From positions 5,394,001 to 5,458,000 of the forward strand of contig NC_043010.1 of assembly GCF_006345805.1 (NCBI RefSeq): a stretch of 64,000 bases of DNA, read 5' to 3'. Source of the DNA: Octopus sinensis (taxonomy: Eukaryota). Below the pieces are notes generated by a model. The model saw nothing but the letters and a program-made list of their open reading frames with translations. It was not told where the DNA came from and searched no databases. Both the position numbers and the translations under genes were made by a program. Within the stretch, counting starts at the first letter, position 1. Every line of letters begins with the position of its first letter. Of the stretch, positions 61,373-64,000 are shown in pieces.

Positions 61373-61385
61373 GCACACACATATA
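61105..61385. repeat. (TA)n microsatellite
   Basis: Directly visible. Confidence 0.95.
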
Positions 61386-61895
61386 TATTCAAACATATAT
61401 ACGTACACACATGCAGTAAAATAATTAGGGGTTACTCCCACTCTCTCTCCCTCTCTCCCTCTTTCTCACTCCCCTCTCCCCTTCTCTCTCTCTCTCCCCT
61501 CTTTCATGACATCATCTACATGAAGGAACTAATGAAGCAATAAAGAAGCATTCACAAGAATAGGTTTACCAATTCCTTCACACCACCACTCTGTCAGCAT
61601 GACAAGGAAAAGAGAGAAATTATTCATAAATCAGTTGAAGAGAGCAGTCTTCTGAGGAGCTGCCAAATCTGGTCAGCTTTGTTGGATCTTTCTGGGTATT
61701 GAACAGCAGCAGAGGTTTTGACCAGAACTTTGACAGGAATATTGTTATTTCAAATATTTTACTTAATTCTTTTGAATGTGGCACATTCTGCCGAGTGCCA
61801 TTTTCTCTCATGTTTTAAAGTATTTCTGTTTGACTGTCACTCCATCACCATTTTGTAGAGAGAGAGAGTGATAAAAAGAGTGAGAGAGAGAGTGT

Positions 61896-61936
<41 letters not shown>

Positions 61937-62110
61937 TGCTTCTATTGGTGTGATTTCCTTGTTATTTTTGCTGTTTAAACCAAGGTTAGCTCTAATTGAG
62001 CAAACCTATGATGAAAAGCACTCCAATCTTGACCACTTCTTCTTTCTGTATATCAGGAAATACATTATATATATGTATATATATATATGTAAAATAAAAT
62101 ACAAAATGGG

Positions 62111-62166
<56 letters not shown>

Positions 62167-62363
62167 TTATGTATATGACTGCTGAAATCTACAAGTTTTT
62201 CATTCTCACTCAGTTTATTTTCTCTCATTCTTTTCTGTTGAAGAGCATAGACTGAATATGTAAAAGACCTTTTCATTTTTCCTGAACATCAAAATATTGC
62301 ACTTGCTTGTTGTTCATACACCTGCCTTCGTCTTTACTCAAACACACCATCCTCAAACACCAT

Positions 62364-62645
62364 ATATATATCATCATCCTCATCATCATCATCATCGTTT
62401 AATGTCCGTTCTCCATGCTAGCATAGTTTGGACGGTTCAACCGGGGTCTGGGAAGCCAGAAGGCTGCACCAGGCTCCAGTTTTATCTGGCAATGTTTCTA
62501 CAGCTGGATGCCCTTCCTAACACCAACCACTTCGTGAGTGTAGTGGGTGCTTTTTACGTGCCACCTGCAAAGGTGCCAGGCAAGGCTGGCAACGGCCACA
62601 GTCGGATTGGTGCTTTTTACGTGCCACTGGCACGGAAGCCAGTCG

Positions 62646-62685
<40 letters not shown>

Positions 62686-63110
62686 ATATATATACACTCA
62701 CACACACCATTCCCACTAATGCATCTGCTTGTTGTTCCCTCACCTGTCTTCGTCTTTTGTTTTTTGTAAATTTTAGCTATTTATATTTATATGTACATCA
62801 TCATCATCATCATTTAACATCTGTTGTCCATGCTGGCATGAGTTGGACGGTTTGTCTGGACTGGCACACTGGAAGGCTGCACCAGACCCCAGTCTGATTT
62901 GGTATGGTTTTCTACAACAACCACTCCAAGAGTTTAGTGGGTGCTTTTACGTGCCATTGGCACGGGTGCCATTTATGTGATACTGGTATCTGCCATGACT
63001 GTGATTTTGCTTGGCTTGATGGGTCTTCTTCTCAAACATGACATAATGCCAAAGGTCTTGGTCATTGCTTCTGTGAGGCTTGACACTCAGAAAGAACTTG
63101 GTCACCTTGT
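62364..63110 (-). mobile_element. Two RTE-type LINE 3' ends (62364-62645; 62796-63110, the latter reaching the ORF end)
   Basis: (CAT)n tails and conserved UTR. The second copy encodes DLWHYVMFEKKTHQAK on the minus strand. Confidence 0.82.
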
Positions 63111-63848
63111 CTCCATTAGGCCCAAGACTCAAAGGAACCCAGTCACCTCACCTCTGTGAGTACCACTCAAAAGGAACTCAGCCACTACATACATACATAT
63201 ATACATACATACATACACACACACACATACATACATACATACATACATACATACATACACACATACACACATACATACATACATACATACATACATACAT
63301 ACATACATACATACATACATACACACACACACATACATACATATGCACTCACATACACACACACACATACACTAGGGGCAATTTGCTTGACTAAACCCTT
63401 CAAGGTGGAACTTCAACATGGCTGCAGTCCAATGACTGAAACAGATAAATAAAAGAACATATTAATTCATTAAGCCAAACAGTATTGGCTCTCAGTCTTG
63501 ATTACATATTTTTACCATTTAGTCAGGGAAGGAATGGCAGTACCCACAACCCTTTATTTAGGTCTTCTGAGTTCTGCAACAATAAATGAAAAAGTTATCT
63601 TTAAATAAATCTGAATACTTCAATAAACCCCCCACTAAAGGCACCCAGGGACCACAGTAAACTATATCTATGATCCTAATTTCTCATTATCAGAGTCAAA
63701 GAGCACAGAGACAAGCCAAAACAAATTACACTCTGTAACAAAATTTTTATTTTTTCTTGTCTTTGGTCAATAAGTGTTATTTCCTATTTACTTCTATCTA
63801 GAAATCAAAGGAAATCACTACTATTCCCTTCAAACTTTGCTTTTATGA

Positions 63849-64000
63849 CCTGGACATCAATGTTTAGAAAGTGACCTATTTTCCATTACATTTTCCAACC
63901 TGGACATCAATGTTTAGAAAGTGACCTATTTTCCATTACATTTTCCAACCTGGACATCAATGTTTAGAAAGTGACCTATTTTCCATTACATTTTCCAACC
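63849..64000. repeat. Perfect 50-bp tandem repeat running off the window end
   Basis: TGGACATCAATGTTTAGAAAGTGACCTATTTTCCATTACATTTTCCAACC at 63851, 63901 and 63951; the copies are identical. Confidence 0.97.

Noticed and set aside
61640-61815. Open + frame with LPNLVSFVGSF and SNILLN, reminiscent of kinase subdomains
   Set aside because: No usable splice sites, wrong spacing between the motifs, and no HRD or DFG.

Overview
This is AT-rich animal genomic DNA dominated by interspersed repeats and microsatellites. The repeat repertoire most resembles what I recall from octopod cephalopods (Octopus); this is an inference, as no search was run. Repeats found: (A) a tRNA-headed SINE family with a GCCTTTCATCC..GGTCGATAAA..AAGTACCAG core, present as monomers, dimers and a trimer; (B) a tRNA/CORE-like SINE carrying an internal microsatellite; two rarer tRNA-headed SINEs; many 5'-truncated 3' ends of an RTE-type LINE; a non-autonomous Helitron; hAT-, piggyBac- and mariner-like MITEs; one mariner transposase fragment; and several minisatellites. 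Almost all ORFs in the supplied track are artefacts of microsatellites or TE UTRs. The mariner fragment is the only clearly recognisable protein. Between the repeats lie short unique islands with good splice signals. These suggest one or more long-intron genes with very small exons, mostly on the + strand, whose product I cannot name. Strongest non-repeat signals: a symmetric NRF1/ETS/YY1 motif cluster at ~23.5 kb (candidate bidirectional promoter) and a pri-miRNA-like hairpin at 3547-3619. There is also a recurrent GGTATT junction that points to an unusual priming or targeting route for SINE family A. I found no CRISPR array, rRNA or bona fide tRNA gene. Repeat boundaries are approximate unless a TSD is quoted.
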